In this document: positions 54,865 to 64,000 of the stretch, piece after piece
Layout of the letters: every line of letters starts with the position of its first letter
How positions within the stretch are numbered: position 1 is the first letter of the stretch
Assembly: GCA_044221725.1 (NCBI GenBank)
Contig: JBGAON010000001.1
Span: forward strand, 352,001 to 416,000
Source: Elusimicrobiota bacterium
GTDB lineage: Bacteria > Elusimicrobiota > Elusimicrobia > F11
Direction of reading: 5' to 3'
DNA: 64,000 nt
Program-made: the position numbers and the translations under genes
Notes under the pieces: model-generated
What the model was told of the DNA's origin: nothing
Database searches by the model: none
Seen by the model: only the letters and a program-made list of their open reading frames with translations

Positions 54865-55170
54865 ATGAAGAAAATCAAAAACTCCTCTATTAACAAAAAG
54901 CTGAAGTTGCTTCGCAAAAATATCGAATCGATGGGCCGGATATTGGCCACAAAAAAAGGTACCGCTTCCCTCAAGCGGGGCCTCGATATTACTCGCGAAG
55001 ATATCGACCAAAAATTTCGACGGCTCGCTGTTGAAATTGTGAAAAATAGTTGTGACATTAAAGAGCTCAAAGCGCTGTATTCACCGCTCGAAGAAGTTCG
55101 TGAAAATGTTTGGTTAATGATGGGCCGCCTCGACGCGATGGCCGGAAAAATCGAGCAGCTTAACGAGTAG
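54865..55170 (+). CDS. Hypothetical coiled-coil protein
   Basis: 101-aa ORF immediately downstream with heptad-like composition. Confidence 0.55.
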   Translation: MKKIKNSSINKKLKLLRKNIESMGRILATKKGTASLKRGLDITREDIDQKFRRLAVEIVKNSCDIKELKALYSPLEEVRENVWLMMGRLDAMAGKIEQLNE

Positions 55171-55318
55171 CAAAAGACAATCACGAAAATGCCATTCAAA
55201 CGTTGAATCCGACTACGAAATCGAGTTGTTAAATCAAACCAAAATGGCCCCAAATTAAACTTAAAGTCAAATGTAACTTCTTATTGAAATAAGGGCTGCG
55301 GTACTTACATTTATTGTT

Positions 55319-58300
55319 ATGCACGCCGCCCCTGCCACGAACCTGCGTTTTTCCTTCCCTCCTTTGGCATTCCTCGCCCTTCTTCTCTCGACCTTTTTTC
55401 TAGGAGGTCTGCGCAATGTCCAGGCGATCACTTGTATTTCGGCTAACACCGGCAATTGGAACAGTGCCACGACGTGGGGGACGTGCGGTGGCGCGACGCC
55501 CGGGTTGAGCGATACCGTCATCATCGGGACGCACACGGTAACACTGAACATCTCAACTGCGGTTGCCACTGTCGTTATACATTCGACCGGCGTGCTGACG
55601 ATGGCGGCAGGCTCCACACTGACTGTTACTGGGAATTTTATTTTGAACCAACCGGGCGCCGACAATTTGACGAACGGATGGTTTATTAATAACGCCACCG
55701 CGGCCGTCAACGGAATTCTTCATTCGACGGGAGCCGCAGCGACGAGTCGAACATCCACGGTCACATTTGTGAGTGGAATGTTGACGGTGTCTACGCTTTC
55801 TTTCGTATCGAGCGTAGCAACAAATAAAATTATCAATATGACCGGTGGTGCTGGCACGCTGAATATCACCAACACCTTAAAGTTTTCAACCAGCGTAACG
55901 TTGAATGCCGGTACGCAAAGCGTCATAACCTTCAATGGTGGCGTGAACCAGGTTATTCCGAGTACGTGGGGGGTGGGTGGATACAATCATCTTTGGATAA
56001 AGCCCACTGTAAACGCGACGGTAAAAACCTTGCTGGGCGGTCACTTAAGGATGGCCGATTGGGTTATGGGCAATGGTGTGAATTCCGTAACCATAACGGC
56101 CGCAACCAACAAACCCATCATTTTTTCTTCCGGTAACGTAACGATCAATAATTCCGTCACCTATACGAAAGGAACCAGTTCAACAACATTTCAACCCACT
56201 GGCACCGTGACGTGGACGGACAATAATGCCACCAAGCAAGACATGGGCGTGGTGCGAATAGAAGCTGGGCAAACAACCCCCACGGTGAATCTGGGGTCCG
56301 GCGTCAAGGTTTCTACGATGGTGATTTCGGCGGGTCACGGATTGAGTGCGAACGGCGCGAATATGATCGAGCTCACCGCCAACGGTACACCGTTCACGAA
56401 CAACGGAACGTTCACGTATTCGACCGGAATCGTCCGTTATTCGGGCAATAACACAACAAATATTGCCGCTCTCCCTGGGACCGCTGGTACGAACGGCTAT
56501 TACGATTTGGAGGTGAAACCTTCGGGTACCACAGCGCATACGCTCGGTACCGCCGCGTCCCAGACAATAGCAGTAAACAATGTGTTAACTGTTGGAGACG
56601 GTACCAATGCGGGAGCTTCTGGAGCAACGAATAGTCCGGTGATATTGGTATCAAGCAGCGTTGTAATTAACCCGGCAGCAACTTTTACCGCGGGGAATAG
56701 TTCGATGACGGTGGGCGGCAACTGGGTGAACAACAGCACCTTCACTGCCAATTCGTCCACGGTTATTTTTAATGGGGCCGGGCTTCAGCAATTGTCTCGC
56801 TCGACTACCTTTTTCTGTTTGTCCGCGATTACGAGCGGCGCCACTCTGCAAATGACCGCGGGCACGACGATTTTTGCAACAAACATTTTAGAGTTACGGA
56901 ATATTAGTTTGAAGTCGCCGGTCAGTGGCGCCACGTGGTATTTCACATTCACTGGGTCCAGCCAGACATTGACCAACTTGAGCGTACGAGATTCCAACGC
57001 GAATTTGGGAACAACATTATTCCCCGACACGGCGAGTATCGATTCCGGCAACAACAGGAACTGGGCGTTTGGCGATCGTCGTTACTGGGTGGCCAGCGGT
57101 GCCTCGAGCTGGAGTTCGATCAACGGCTGGTCCTATTCGAGCGGCGGAAAAGTGGGCGCACCGGTTCCAACCGCGACGCACACGGTCGTGTTTGACGGAA
57201 GTAGTCTTAGCACGTGCACGATAAACACAAATATCACGATCTCCAGTTTTACAATGGCAGGGTTTTCCGCCCGGTTGAACACCAGTGGATACGACTTTGT
57301 TGTGTCGAGCAACGTGACGCAGACAAGCGGGGCAATAGCTTTAAGCACGTCACAAGTGACGCTGCAGGGGGATTTGTTGCGGGTTGGCGGAATTTGGGAT
57401 GCCGGTATCTCGACGATTACTTTCTCCGGTTCTCAGAACCAAACGTTAACTCCGAATGCCACCGGCTTTGCTCATCTCGTTTCCAGTAAAACTGCGGGGG
57501 CTGTATTGACGTTGGGAGGAAACCTGATCGTTGGCGGAAACTTTCTCGTTGGCAATGGCACGTTCTCAACCAGCGGCAGTAATTTTTGGATGAGTGTAGC
57601 GGGTGATGTTTCTATCAGTGGTGGCACGCTAAGGCTCAATGCTTCGACGGTTAGCGTAGCGGGAAATTGGAGTCGGACCAGCGGAACCCTTGACGCCGGC
57701 GTTTCAACTGTCAGTTTCAATGGTACTGGAGCGCTTAAAATAACATCGGGCGGGCAATTGTTTAGGTTTGTGGAATTTATTGGGCCCAGCGGTATTTGGA
57801 CATTACAAGACAATTTCAATCTATACAGCTTAACGATCACGACTGGAAGCTTAGATACAAACGGTTCGTTTAATTACGCTGTAAATATAGCGAGCGATGT
57901 AATTTTTACGGATGGTACGTGGGCGGCTAATTTGTCTCAAATGACGGTGGGGGGAAATTGGACTAAAACAACAGGCACGTTCACTGGAACACTATCCACA
58001 GTCACCTTTACGGCAAATGATGCGAGAAGTATTGATGCTGGATTTTACGCTGGCGACCAGTTCGGGTATGTGGATTTTAATGGTACCGATGGTGTATGGA
58101 CAATTCAGCCGGATCCCCTTTACGCTGTGAGATGTCTCAAAATAACAACTGGTACCGTGAATGTGGCAACTTATGTGGTGGCACGCGATTCCCTTATCCA
58201 AACGGGGGGTACTCTTGAGCTCAATACGTCAGATTCGAGTTATACGTCAGGCCCTTTCACCATTACGGGAGGCTCGTTTAATGCCTCTCGATCAACGTTC

Positions 58301-61300
58301 ACGGTGTTCCCTACGGGTTCCAACGTAGGTCTTGACTCCAATGGGCGTTTGTTTGGGACATTGCTCATAAGTCAAGTTGGAGGCCGAACAATCACTCTTC
58401 GAAGTCCGTTAAGAGTAAAAGATCTTTTGTCTATCCAGGATTCCGCAACCTTGGATACGGGCGTATCAGGAAATTATGGCGTGTTTGTTACTTCGAATGT
58501 GAATATCCAATCGGGTGGTATATTCACAGCGCGGGGATCTTCAATTGCAGTTGGAGGAAACTGGTACAACTCCGCGACATTCAACGCCAATACCTCTACG
58601 GTCATTTTCACTGGTTTGTCCGGTATTCAAACCATTTCTGATTCAACAACCTTTTACGGGTTAAGAGCTATTACTCCCGGGGCCACGATTGCTTTTACGC
58701 CTGGCAGCACGCAATACGTAACAAACATGGTGGAATTTCGCAACGTTGGATTGCTTTCCTCTGGTGCCAGCGGATCCACGTGGTATTTCACTTATCATGG
58801 GTCAAGCCAGACACTAAGCAATTTGCGCGTGCGCGATTCAGACGCGAGCGCGAGCGCGGGTGGAATCATGAATGCAAACGACGGAACCAGCGTCAACATC
58901 TCTAACAACACCAACTGGAACTTCACCAATACCACGGATAATGGAATTCGCTATTGGATTGGATCGGGCGCCGGTAAAGTGTGGAATGACGCGAACAATT
59001 GGTCTATTGGCTCCGGCGGTTCATCGTCGGGTGGTGTCCCAATGGCAACGCATACCGTTGTGTTCGACGGAGCAAGTCTTAGCACGTGTACCGTAAACAC
59101 GAACGTTACGATTTCCAGTTTAACGATAGCTGGATTCTCCGCGCAGTTAAATGATGTTGGCTACAACTTCACGGTATCAAGCAATGTGACCCAAACGAGC
59201 GGGTCGATAGTGTGGAGCACCTCACAAGTGACGCTTCAAGGAGATTTGATTCGCGCTGGCGGAAGTTGGGATGCCGGTAGCTCAACCATCACAATTTCAG
59301 GAACCCAAAACCAGACATTGACGCCAAACGCGACGAACTTTGCTTATGTTCTTATTAACAAAGGCGGTGGCACTCTGTCGTTATCCGGCCAATTGTTCGT
59401 AACAATGGATTGGAACAACTCGACCACACCGAATATCGGCACGGGCAGCACGGTGACATTCTCCGGCACAACCGTTCAAAAACTATCAGGGAATACGACG
59501 TTCTATGCGATTCGAGCTATCACCACAAACGCAACCGTTCAGTTCGCGGCGGGCAGCACGCAGTACGCGCTGAGCATGGTGGAATTCCGCAACGTGAGTC
59601 TGTTGTCGCCCACGAATGGAGCGACCTGGTACTTCAGTTTCCAAGGTTCAAGCCAAACTTTAAGAGGAATCCGCGTGCGCGATTCCATTGCCTCCGTTAG
59701 CAATGGTCTCGTGTTGTACGCAAACGACGGCACGAGTGTGGACATGGGAGACAATACCGCTTGGAATTTTGGTTCGTCGATCACGGCCGTGAGAAATGGA
59801 AACTGGTACAGCCGTGTTGCAGGGGCGCCCTGGTCCAACGGGTTGGTTCCACTGTCCATTGATACGGTCACTATCCAAGGTGGCGTTGTTGTAACGGCGA
59901 CGGGGTCTGTGGTTGTGACGTCGGTAACCGTAGCTTCCACCGGAGAATTGGATTTGGACGGCACGAACAGTGCGGTGATATTCACGATAAAAAACAACGG
60001 TCGAATAAATAATAACGGCGTTGTAAAAGTCGCGAACACATCGAATAGCGTGACGCTGCAAGGAGAAAGCGGGGGATTCTTTACATTTTCCGGAAACAAC
60101 ATCAATTTCAATGGAAAAACGTTGAACATGGGAAATGTGTACTACAGCACGAACGCGGCGTTGGCCTCCGGGGAAACAATTTCGTTGGTTGGAACCTCAA
60201 CATTCACACAAATTACCGCCGCGAGCGGATCCTCTTTTATTCAAGGAACCAATTGTGATCTTATTTTGAAAAGCAGTGCTTCTTTTGCGGCGGGCACTTT
60301 CACGCGCGGAACCGGAACCGGTCGATTGCTTTTGTATGGAGATTTGTCACTCAATTCTTCAAACCAAAACATGGGTGCTGTTATCGTCGGAGCCAGCCCC
60401 GACACGACGCGTCTGACATCCGATTTTTCGGCGGCGAGCCTCACCGTGTCCGCCGGCGACATTTTCCAAACAGCGGGTTATGAAGTAACCGTAACGACCG
60501 ATATTGTTATCAACGGAACTCTTGACGCTACCGACAGCGCCCCCAGCAACGAAGGCGATGGTTCGTTGCTCACGTTGGGTGGGCAGTGGAACCAGGCGAT
60601 CTCGAGCACCTATACGTTTGCAACCTCCACGGTGTCCTTTAATACCGTGACTGTTTCGACAATTTCGGGTCCGGCCACATTCTATGCGTTGCGAGCCATA
60701 AACAGTGGAACGACACTTTATTTCTTGGCCGGTTCCACGAATTACGTGACCAATTCCGTCGAGTTTCGGAGGGTCGGATTGCTTTCCCCCACCTCGGGTG
60801 CCACGTGGTATTTCAGTTACACCGGCTCCAGCCAAACGCTTTCAGGGGTGCGTGTGCGCGATTCCAATGCGTCTGTTAATTCGGGTGCTACCATGAACGC
60901 GACGGACGGAACAAGCACAAATCTCGGAAACAACACGAATTGGAATTTCAACCCAAATGACAATGGAATTCGTTACTGGATCGCGAGCGGGGCGAGCAAT
61001 TGGAGCAATGTGAACAATTGGTCCACAACGAGCGGCGGATCCATTTCGGGCGGCGTACCGCTCGCCACGCACACCGTTGTATTCGACGGCGCGAGCGTGA
61101 GCAGTTGTACGGTGGACACAAACATCACCGTATCGTCGCTTACCATCGCCGGATATTCGGCACGTTTGAATATTAATGGATACAACTTTACGGTTTCGAG
61201 CAATGTGACTCAGACGAGCGGCAACGTTGTGTTGACGACCGCGCAAGTCACTTTAAGTGGCGACTTCCTGAAAGCCGGTGGGGCGTTCGACGCGGGCCAG

Positions 61301-64000
61301 TCGACGATTCAATTCACCGGTGGCCAAACGCAAACATTAACGCAAGGCGGCACCAATTTCTACAACGTGCGCGTGAACAAAACGGCCGGTACAACGCTGA
61401 CATTGGGCGGCGCCATGATTTCCTCCGGTGTGTTCATGGTGAGCGGTGGAACGCTGACAACCAGCGGAAGCAACTACGCGATCACCGTGGCAACGTCGGT
61501 GATTATGAACGGCGGAACATTAAAACTGAATTCGTCTCAAATGAATGTTGCGGGAGATTGGACCGGTAGTTCCGGAATGCTTGATGCGGGTCAGTCAACG
61601 GTCACGTTCAACGGGCGCGCCACGCAATCGCTGCTCACCGCGGGTGTTACTTTCTATAACACGCAATTTAGTTTGGTGGGAAGCACCAAATCCATTGCGG
61701 ACGCGTTGTTCGTCGGAAATATCCTCACGCAGAATTTTTCGACCCGATTCAATTCCAATAACTACGCCATCACCATCGGCAGCTCGGTAAAATTAAATGG
61801 AGATTTCCAGGCCGGAAATTCGACGATAACCGTGGCCGCGAACTTTGATATGTCGGTTGGTACGTTTACGCCTTCCTATTCGCGTGTGATTATGAGCGGC
61901 GATGGAACCATTACGTTCCGGCCCAGCGCCAATTTTTTTAATCTCGAAGTGGCTGCTGTCGGGAAAAAAACGGCGGTCGTTCCTAATCCGGCCACCGGGC
62001 CATCGCTGTTAGTTAATGGTTCGCTAAAAATAAATGGTGGTAGCCTGGATTCAACGCAAGCCTATTCAAATGCCATCATCGTGAATTCTTATGACTCAAA
62101 CGCATTGGTTCTCACGCCCGGATGGACGCACATTTACCCAAGCCGGATAACTGTGGATATGAATGTCTTTTACTCTCTGCCGGGATCGAATGCTTATAGC
62201 TACATCGACTTAATTTCCGCTTCGAATTCAACGGCTACCTTGTCCGGCAATGTTACAGCTCAAGCATTTGGAGCGGCGGGAGTATTCGATCAAATGGGCA
62301 ATGACATCACCGTGACAGAAACAAACCATACTCCTTACTATACCGGAAATGGGGACGGCGTAACTTGGTACACCCACGGCGGGCGGTTAACGTTCCCGGC
62401 GGCCGGAGCCGGATATTTGAATTGGAATTGGAGCGGCACAGACTTGGTGGCCCTGTACGCGTCGAGCTCGAGCGTAACAACGCTGGGTTCGTTTACGATG
62501 GGATCGGCTTCCGTATCAACGAATACCGTGATTCATGCAGAAACATCCACATGGCAAGTGAATGGGGATTTGGCGTTAACGGTTGGGCAATTTTTCGCTG
62601 AGCAATCGACAGTTACAATTGCTGGAAACCTCATCGGTGGCGCGCGCGGGTCCGGATCGTTTATCGCCGGGAATTCGACGGTGATTCTCGCAACCGGTTC
62701 GGCGGGCCAATCCTTGACGGGCGCCGGCTTCACATTTTCAACCATTGTTGCATCGAACACCTCGTCGAGCGGTGCAACCTTCACGTCGAGCTTTACCGCC
62801 ACGCGCTTCCGCTTGCGTCCCGCCGATCTTACGGCGTCCGCCACCGCGTATTTCGCGGGTATGTCCACGTACACCATTGGCAACTTCGATGTGGCCGGAA
62901 CCGCATCCAAATACGCGGTGCTCAAATCCACCACGTCGGGAACGCCGTGGTATCTCAACAACACGAGCACAAATTCGGTCCAATACGCGTACGTGAAAGA
63001 CTCAAACGCGTCGGCGGGCCAGACAATTTACTGTTATCCGGGCTGCGTGGACGGAGGAAACAACACGAATTGGGTTTTTGGTCGCGGTGCCATTTGGACG
63101 GGCGCTGGATCCGATAATAATTGGAGCAACGCCGCCAACTGGTCTGCCGGATTTGTGCCGAGCGGAACCGACCAAGCGCTGTTCAACGGAACCAGCAACA
63201 AGTCATGCACCATTGACATTTCCACAACCGTTGGTTCAATCGCGGTTATCGCGCCATCGACGGTGACAATTACATTGGCGTCGGGCAGCAACCTGACACT
63301 CACCAGCGAGATGAATCTCTCGACGGGCATATTCAATGCCGGTGGAAACCTTGTCACCGTCGCTGGTAATTGGACGAAAGGTGCGTCTACTACGTTTAAT
63401 GCACAGACTTCCACGGTAGTTTTCAATGGAACGAGCGTAACCACTCTAACGGGGGCAACGACGTTTTACGGATTGGTTTCTACAACAACTTCCAGCACGT
63501 TGAAATTTGCGGCAGGTTCGACAACGACCGTAACGAATAAACTAGACATTGAAAATATTTCGTTGCGCTCAACGATTGACGGTTCAGCGTGGAATTTCAG
63601 AGTTACCGCGAGCAACGTTACGGCTTTGGTGGTGAACGTTAAAGATTCGAATGCCTCGAGCGGCAACCCAATCACGGCTTTGCTTTCTGTTAATTCTGGA
63701 AATAACACCAATTGGAATTTCGCTGGCAGCAACGCCGTGCCCGACGCGTATTGGAAGTTTGACGAAGCGAGCGGATCTTTAACGGACTCAGGTCCGCTCG
63801 CCGACTCCGCGACGCCGTCTGGTTCGCCAACGTACGGTATAGCGGGCGTGAACGGCTCGGCCGTTCGTTTCAACGGGTCCGATTATTTCAACGTTGGAGC
63901 AGCGACCAGCGGAACCGTTTTTTCGTTTGCTGTTTGGGCCAACGTTAACGGATCCGATATTTCTGTTTATAACGAATGCGGAGGCGCCTACAACGAATTC
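55319..64000 (+). CDS. Giant secreted beta-strand-repeat adhesin-like protein (>2894 aa, 3'-truncated) with a LamG-like domain starting at ~63740
   Basis: ATG 55319, signal peptide MHAAP...RNVQA|ITCIS; the same frame reads sensibly at both ends and the ORF track lists no closed ORF in this frame, consistent with no stop; S/T/G/N-rich repeats; YWKFDEASG...FNG...FSFAVW. Confidence 0.88.
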   Translation, partial: MHAAPATNLRFSFPPLAFLALLLSTFFLGGLRNVQAITCISANTGNWNSATTWGTCGGATPGLSDTVIIGTHTVTLNISTAVATVVIHSTGVLTMAAGSTLTVTGNFILNQPGADNLTNGWFINNATAAVNGILHSTGAAATSRTSTVTFVSGMLTVSTLSFVSSVATNKIINMTGGAGTLNITNTLKFSTSVTLNAGTQSVITFNGGVNQVIPSTWGVGGYNHLWIKPTVNATVKTLLGGHLRMADWVMGNGVNSVTITAATNKPIIFSSGNVTINNSVTYTKGTSSTTFQPTGTVTWTDNNATKQDMGVVRIEAGQTTPTVNLGSGVKVSTMVISAGHGLSANGANMIELTANGTPFTNNGTFTYSTGIVRYSGNNTTNIAALPGTAGTNGYYDLEVKPSGTTAHTLGTAASQTIAVNNVLTVGDGTNAGASGATNSPVILVSSSVVINPAATFTAGNSSMTVGGNWVNNSTFTANSSTVIFNGAGLQQLSRSTTFFCLSAITSGATLQMTAGTTIFATNILELRNISLKSPVSGATWYFTFTGSSQTLTNLSVRDSNANLGTTLFPDTASIDSGNNRNWAFGDRRYWVASGASSWSSINGWSYSSGGKVGAPVPTATHTVVFDGSSLSTCTINTNITISSFTMAGFSARLNTSGYDFVVSSNVTQTSGAIALSTSQVTLQGDLLRVGGIWDAGISTITFSGSQNQTLTPNATGFAHLVSSKTAGAVLTLGGNLIVGGNFLVGNGTFSTSGSNFWMSVAGDVSISGGTLRLNASTVSVAGNWSRTSGTLDAGVSTVSFNGTGALKITSGGQLFRFVEFIGPSGIWTLQDNFNLYSLTITTGSLDTNGSFNYAVNIASDVIFTDGTWAANLSQMTVGGNWTKTTGTFTGTLSTVTFTANDARSIDAGFYAGDQFGYVDFNGTDGVWTIQPDPLYAVRCLKITTGTVNVATYVVARDSLIQTGGTLELNTSDSSYTSGPFTITGGSFNASRSTFTVFPTGSNVGLDSNGRLFGTLLISQVGGRTITLRSPLRVKDLLSIQDSATLDTGVSGNYGVFVTSNVNIQSGGIFTARGSSIAVGGNWYNSATFNANTSTVIFTGLSGIQTISDSTTFYGLRAITPGATIAFTPGSTQYVTNMVEFRNVGLLSSGASGSTWYFTYHGSSQTLSNLRVRDSDASASAGGIMNANDGTSVNISNNTNWNFTNTTDNGIRYWIGSGAGKVWNDANNWSIGSGGSSSGGVPMATHTVVFDGASLSTCTVNTNVTISSLTIAGFSAQLNDVGYNFTVSSNVTQTSGSIVWSTSQVTLQGDLIRAGGSWDAGSSTITISGTQNQTLTPNATNFAYVLINKGGGTLSLSGQLFVTMDWNNSTTPNIGTGSTVTFSGTTVQKLSGNTTFYAIRAITTNATVQFAAGSTQYALSMVEFRNVSLLSPTNGATWYFSFQGSSQTLRGIRVRDSIASVSNGLVLYANDGTSVDMGDNTAWNFGSSITAVRNGNWYSRVAGAPWSNGLVPLSIDTVTIQGGVVVTATGSVVVTSVTVASTGELDLDGTNSAVIFTIKNNGRINNNGVVKVANTSNSVTLQGESGGFFTFSGNNINFNGKTLNMGNVYYSTNAALASGETISLVGTSTFTQITAASGSSFIQGTNCDLILKSSASFAAGTFTRGTGTGRLLLYGDLSLNSSNQNMGAVIVGASPDTTRLTSDFSAASLTVSAGDIFQTAGYEVTVTTDIVINGTLDATDSAPSNEGDGSLLTLGGQWNQAISSTYTFATSTVSFNTVTVSTISGPATFYALRAINSGTTLYFLAGSTNYVTNSVEFRRVGLLSPTSGATWYFSYTGSSQTLSGVRVRDSNASVNSGATMNATDGTSTNLGNNTNWNFNPNDNGIRYWIASGASNWSNVNNWSTTSGGSISGGVPLATHTVVFDGASVSSCTVDTNITVSSLTIAGYSARLNINGYNFTVSSNVTQTSGNVVLTTAQVTLSGDFLKAGGAFDAGQSTIQFTGGQTQTLTQGGTNFYNVRVNKTAGTTLTLGGAMISSGVFMVSGGTLTTSGSNYAITVATSVIMNGGTLKLNSSQMNVAGDWTGSSGMLDAGQSTVTFNGRATQSLLTAGVTFYNTQFSLVGSTKSIADALFVGNILTQNFSTRFNSNNYAITIGSSVKLNGDFQAGNSTITVAANFDMSVGTFTPSYSRVIMSGDGTITFRPSANFFNLEVAAVGKKTAVVPNPATGPSLLVNGSLKINGGSLDSTQAYSNAIIVNSYDSNALVLTPGWTHIYPSRITVDMNVFYSLPGSNAYSYIDLISASNSTATLSGNVTAQAFGAAGVFDQMGNDITVTETNHTPYYTGNGDGVTWYTHGGRLTFPAAGAGYLNWNWSGTDLVALYASSSSVTTLGSFTMGSASVSTNTVIHAETSTWQVNGDLALTVGQFFAEQSTVTIAGNLIGGARGSGSFIAGNSTVILATGSAGQSLTGAGFTFSTIVASNTSSSGATFTSSFTATRFRLRPADLTASATAYFAGMSTYTIGNFDVAGTASKYAVLKSTTSGTPWYLNNTSTNSVQYAYVKDSNASAGQTIYCYPGCVDGGNNTNWVFGRGAIWTGAGSDNNWSNAANWSAGFVPSGTDQALFNGTSNKSCTIDISTTVGSIAVIAPSTVTITLASGSNLTLTSEMNLSTGIFNAGGNLVTVAGNWTKGASTTFNAQTSTVVFNGTSVTTLTGATTFYGLVSTTTSSTLKFAAGSTTTVTNKLDIENISLRSTIDGSAWNFRVTASNVTALVVNVKDSNASSGNPITALLSVNSGNNTNWNFAGSNAVPDAYWKFDEASGSLTDSGPLADSATPSGSPTYGIAGVNGSAVRFNGSDYFNVGAATSGTVFSFAVWANVNGSDISVYNECGGAYNEF

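Noticed and set aside
55267..63873. Numerous minus-strand and off-frame short ORFs in the ORF track
   Set aside because: Shadows of the giant + strand ORF starting at 55319

Overview
Bacterial chromosomal segment, almost entirely + strand, from a diderm (MlaEFD, OmpA, outer-membrane beta-barrels). The style of its giant secreted proteins and PorV/FlgD-type proteins suggests Elusimicrobiota or a similar lineage, which is inference only. Housekeeping blocks: mdh-phhB; rpsF-ssb-rpsR-rplI-dnaB-alr-mlaEFD-DUF151-PIN/TRAM-ispD-ispF-cysS-rlmB-tRNA-Thr(UGU); yggS-proC-yggU-rpoZ-coaC-coaB-udg-priA. Accessory content: (1) a 1923-aa mosaic membrane protein carrying an HExxH motif and an embedded D-2-hydroxyacid dehydrogenase domain; (2) a ~24 kb glycan-related locus (20313-44870) with a sugar ABC transporter, an OM barrel, several carbohydrate-binding-like proteins, a signal-less sugar-binding protein coupled to a GAF-GGDEF cyclase, and a fibre-like operon; (3) a >2894-aa repeat adhesin-like ORF (55319 to window end) that the ORF track omits. 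The most interesting candidate system is 32661-42798: PorV-like barrel, putative major subunit, chaperone-like protein, CTD-bearing anchor and multi-CBM glycosidase-like 'tip' protein. The subunit shares its N-terminal beta-strand with the anchor and its body domain with the C-terminus of the enzyme, the pattern expected of a donor-strand-assembled, enzyme-tipped pilus with no usher in this window. All family assignments are from motif recognition by eye; no searches were run.
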